Assembly: GCA_043228905.1 (NCBI GenBank)
Contig: JBHGNT010000286.1
Span: 1 to 39,305 of the forward strand
Direction of reading: 5' to 3'
DNA length: 39,305 nucleotides
From: Azolla caroliniana
Lineage: Eukaryota; Plantae; Polypodiophyta
Numbering within the stretch: the first letter of the stretch is position 1; each line of letters starts with the position of its first letter. The translations under genes were made by a program, and so were the position numbers. This document shows positions 36,971-39,305 of the stretch, piece after piece. The notes beneath the pieces are model-generated. The model searched no databases. It saw only the letters and a list, made by a program, of their open reading frames with translations, and was not told the DNA's origin.

Positions 36971-37411
36971 TATCCCATGGTGAGAATTACCGTAGTATTC
37001 TATACACATGGATAAGTGTGAGGGTTAAACGAGAGGGTAAAGAAGGGGAGGATTACTTTTAATCCTCAGGATTGAGACAACCCATTAGGACAAGTGTGAA
37101 CTTGCATGGGGGCCTTGGGTATCGCTATAAATAAGAGGCCTAGCTACCCTCATTTCATCATCTTTTGACTACGTTGAGACTATGTTTCGTGGTGGTTCAA
37201 CTGTTGTAGCGAGCGCGCCAGCACCAAGTACGACTCGATGCCATGGCGGTGGTATGGGACGCCGATCGAGGCTCGAGTCTGTCTCGATCCCTTCGCTGGG
37301 GTGTGGTCGAGTGAATCGACACCCTTCTTTCTCTCTCTCCTTTCTATCTATCTATCTATCTATCTATCTTTTATCTTTATCCTTTGCTTACATTAGTTTA
37401 TATCTCTAATA
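36966..37411 (+). repeat. Gypsy-2 3' LTR (first ~17 bp and PPT missing)
   Basis: Matches 24691-25137; no purine tract upstream. Confidence 0.85.
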
Positions 37412-38796
37412 TACATTGTCGTCCAGAACGTCTTCGATGACTTTGCATGTGCAAGCATACTACGGAGCCTCTCCATTATAGTCCAGTTCATTCTCTCAGC
37501 CAGACTGTTAAGCTCTAGCGTCTTCGGCATGATATACTCGAGCTGGATTCCCTACATTCGACAGTATTCCTCAAACTGCCCTCGGTATTCACCGCCATTG
37601 CCAGTTTCTCTTTCAGTCGTCGCTTGGAACTCTTTGAGGACGGCTAACACCTAGTTCTTCTTCAGCACGGAAGCCCACAACTTTTGGCTACAATCGCCTA
37701 TGAAGGTCACGAAATACTGTGAACCACCATGAGACTTTGTGTCCACGTAGCACCCGGTTGACGTTATCAAGCACACATCTCCAAAGCCTACGATTCAGCA
37801 TGCTCCTTCATTTCCCATCTTTACAGACCCGAGATCTCTGGCTCTATAAGATGAAAAGCATTTCTGGTCAAGGGTTAGGTGGAATGACGCACCCGAATCA
37901 ACCACCCATGTTGATTCATCGCTGACAAGTTCACTTCGTTCTGCTCGCTGATCAACAACAGTTCCTCTTCACTTGTCGCGATTACCAATGTGTTCTTGCT
38001 GTCTGAAATCTTCTTCGGTTGCACATCATCGGCTCCCCTTTTTTCCTTTCGAAAATGTCAGCAATTCTTTTGGAAGTGCCCCGGATTCCCACAATAGAAG
38101 CATGTGGGCCTTCCCCTCGGATTCAACCTCATCCTCGACTTATTTCAATTTTGGGGACTTCAATTTCGGCCTGTTCCTCGATTTGTATCACCTTCTGTGA
38201 CTAAGGCCTTTGGGTCGGCGATGGACTCTTGGTCCTTCCAGCGAGCTTCCTCGTTTAGTAAGCTCGACTTCACCTGCTTTAGGGATAGATGCTTCCCTTC
38301 CGGTCCGGCGTTGCCCAATGTGACAACGAGCGTCTCCCAATTGTCAAGAAGGGATCCCGACAACAATAGTGCTAATACCTCATCGGCAAGAGGTACTTCT
38401 AGAGAGGTGGTTTGATTCATCAGTCCTTGGAAGGCATTAATGTGCTCCGCCATGTTGGAGCTATGTTGATACTGGCGTCTCATGATTTTCCTGAAAATTG
38501 AGACTCTATTCACGGTTGTTTTCGAACATTACGTCGATCTTCTTCTAGAGGACATTGGCACTCATCTCTTCATCAAAGTTGTTGTATAGACTCATGTCTA
38601 TAAAACACCTTATATATGTAGCCAACTTCAAATGCATGACTTCCCAAGTCGATGCATCGATCTTGTCTGGCTTCGTCTTGCCATATTGCATTGGCAACCA
38701 CAGGTCTTTGCACATGAGCATATCCTGCATCTTCGACTTCCACATTGAATAGTTGGAGCTGGTTAACTTGAACATTCCACCGAAATGTTTATCCAT
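37412..38796 (-). pseudogene. gag-pol: Copia-2 gag and integrase N-terminal part (protease region apparently deleted)
   Basis: MFKLTSSNYSMWKSKM, LLDNWETLVVTL, CFYCGNPGHFQKNC knuckle, AERMNWTIMERLRSML. Confidence 0.85.
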
Positions 38797-38809
38797 CACT
38801 CTGATACCA
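38797..38809 (-). promoter_or_regulatory. Copia-2 PBS (tRNA-iMet)
   Basis: TGGTATCAGAGTG on the minus strand next to the LTR. Confidence 0.85.
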
Positions 38810-38811
38810 CT

Positions 38812-39305
38812 AGTTGAGAATCGACTGGCCACAACCAGTTGCATGTTCGTATGCATGGGCAAAGAAACAAGCAAGATAATGCACAAACAAGGAAAACAAA
38901 AATAGATATAGAGACACAAATATTTACGTGAAAAAACTTGAAAAAGAAAAACCACAAGAGTCCTCGAACTCTAAACTTAATCACTATATGGTAGGAGGAT
39001 TGTACAATAAGAAACTTGAAGGCAATCACCTTGTGTTCTTCTTCGTCAACAGACGACTACAGAGTTACGACTCTGTTCACTCTCTCCTACTAACACTCAC
39101 ACTTAGTTACAAAGGCAACAACCATATTGTAACTATTACTACAATGATCAACAACTATAACATAATGATTTCCCTAGATATATATATACTAATACAACAT
39201 TTAGGGATATTTACAAATATGGCCCACTAAGGGCACATTTTGACCATTTACAATTAGATTTTCGATTTCGGTCTCTACCGAATTGCCCATTGAGTACTCT
39301 GCGTT
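38812..39305 (-). repeat. Copia-2 5' LTR (truncated by window end)
   Basis: Diverged copy of 21948 onward. Confidence 0.88.

Larger units (their letters stand above)
24674..37411 (+). mobile_element. Gypsy-2: chromovirus Ty3/gypsy element
   Basis: LTR pair; TSD TACAC/TACAT (24669-24673, 37412-37416); removal restores Copia-2 integrase KTFWTT-VYVINQSP; PBS TGGTTTCAGAGC 25140-25151 (iMet-like, 1 mismatch); C-terminal chromodomain. Confidence 0.88.
21948..39305 (-). mobile_element. Copia-2: Ty1/copia element inserted in the Copia-1 integrase; 5' LTR runs off the window
   Basis: LTRs 21948-22509 and ~38812 to window end; tRNA-iMet PBS; PPT 22510-22520; gag-INT-RT-RH fragments; interrupted by Gypsy-2. 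Confidence 0.9.

Overview
Eukaryotic (land-plant-like, probably non-seed plant by inference) heterochromatin made almost entirely of nested, decayed transposons; no host gene is recognisable. Two nesting stacks sit inside one minus-strand Ty1/copia element (Copia-1). Stack 1: a 16.6-kb TIR DNA transposon (4053-20643; 36-bp TIRs, 4-bp TSD GCTA) splits the Copia-1 RT and is itself interrupted by a Gypsy element (10656-17613, TSD ACGT). Stack 2: Copia-2 (21948 to beyond window end) contains a chromovirus Gypsy (24674-37411), which contains Copia-3 (30815-36539). The standout is the DNA transposon. Besides a Sola1/DUF7869-like DDE transposase with a possible BAH/Tudor-like C-terminal domain, it carries a divergent, spliced ~970-aa gene. 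After removing the Gypsy insertion and a 308-bp duplication, this gene reads as a ParB/Srx-like domain fused to a bacterial-type beta-class amino (N6-adenine/N4-cytosine) DNA methyltransferase. Its first intron holds 10 copies of a 25-bp palindrome at ~51-bp period. All genes in this copy are pseudogenised. Family assignments rest on motif recognition by eye, not database searches.
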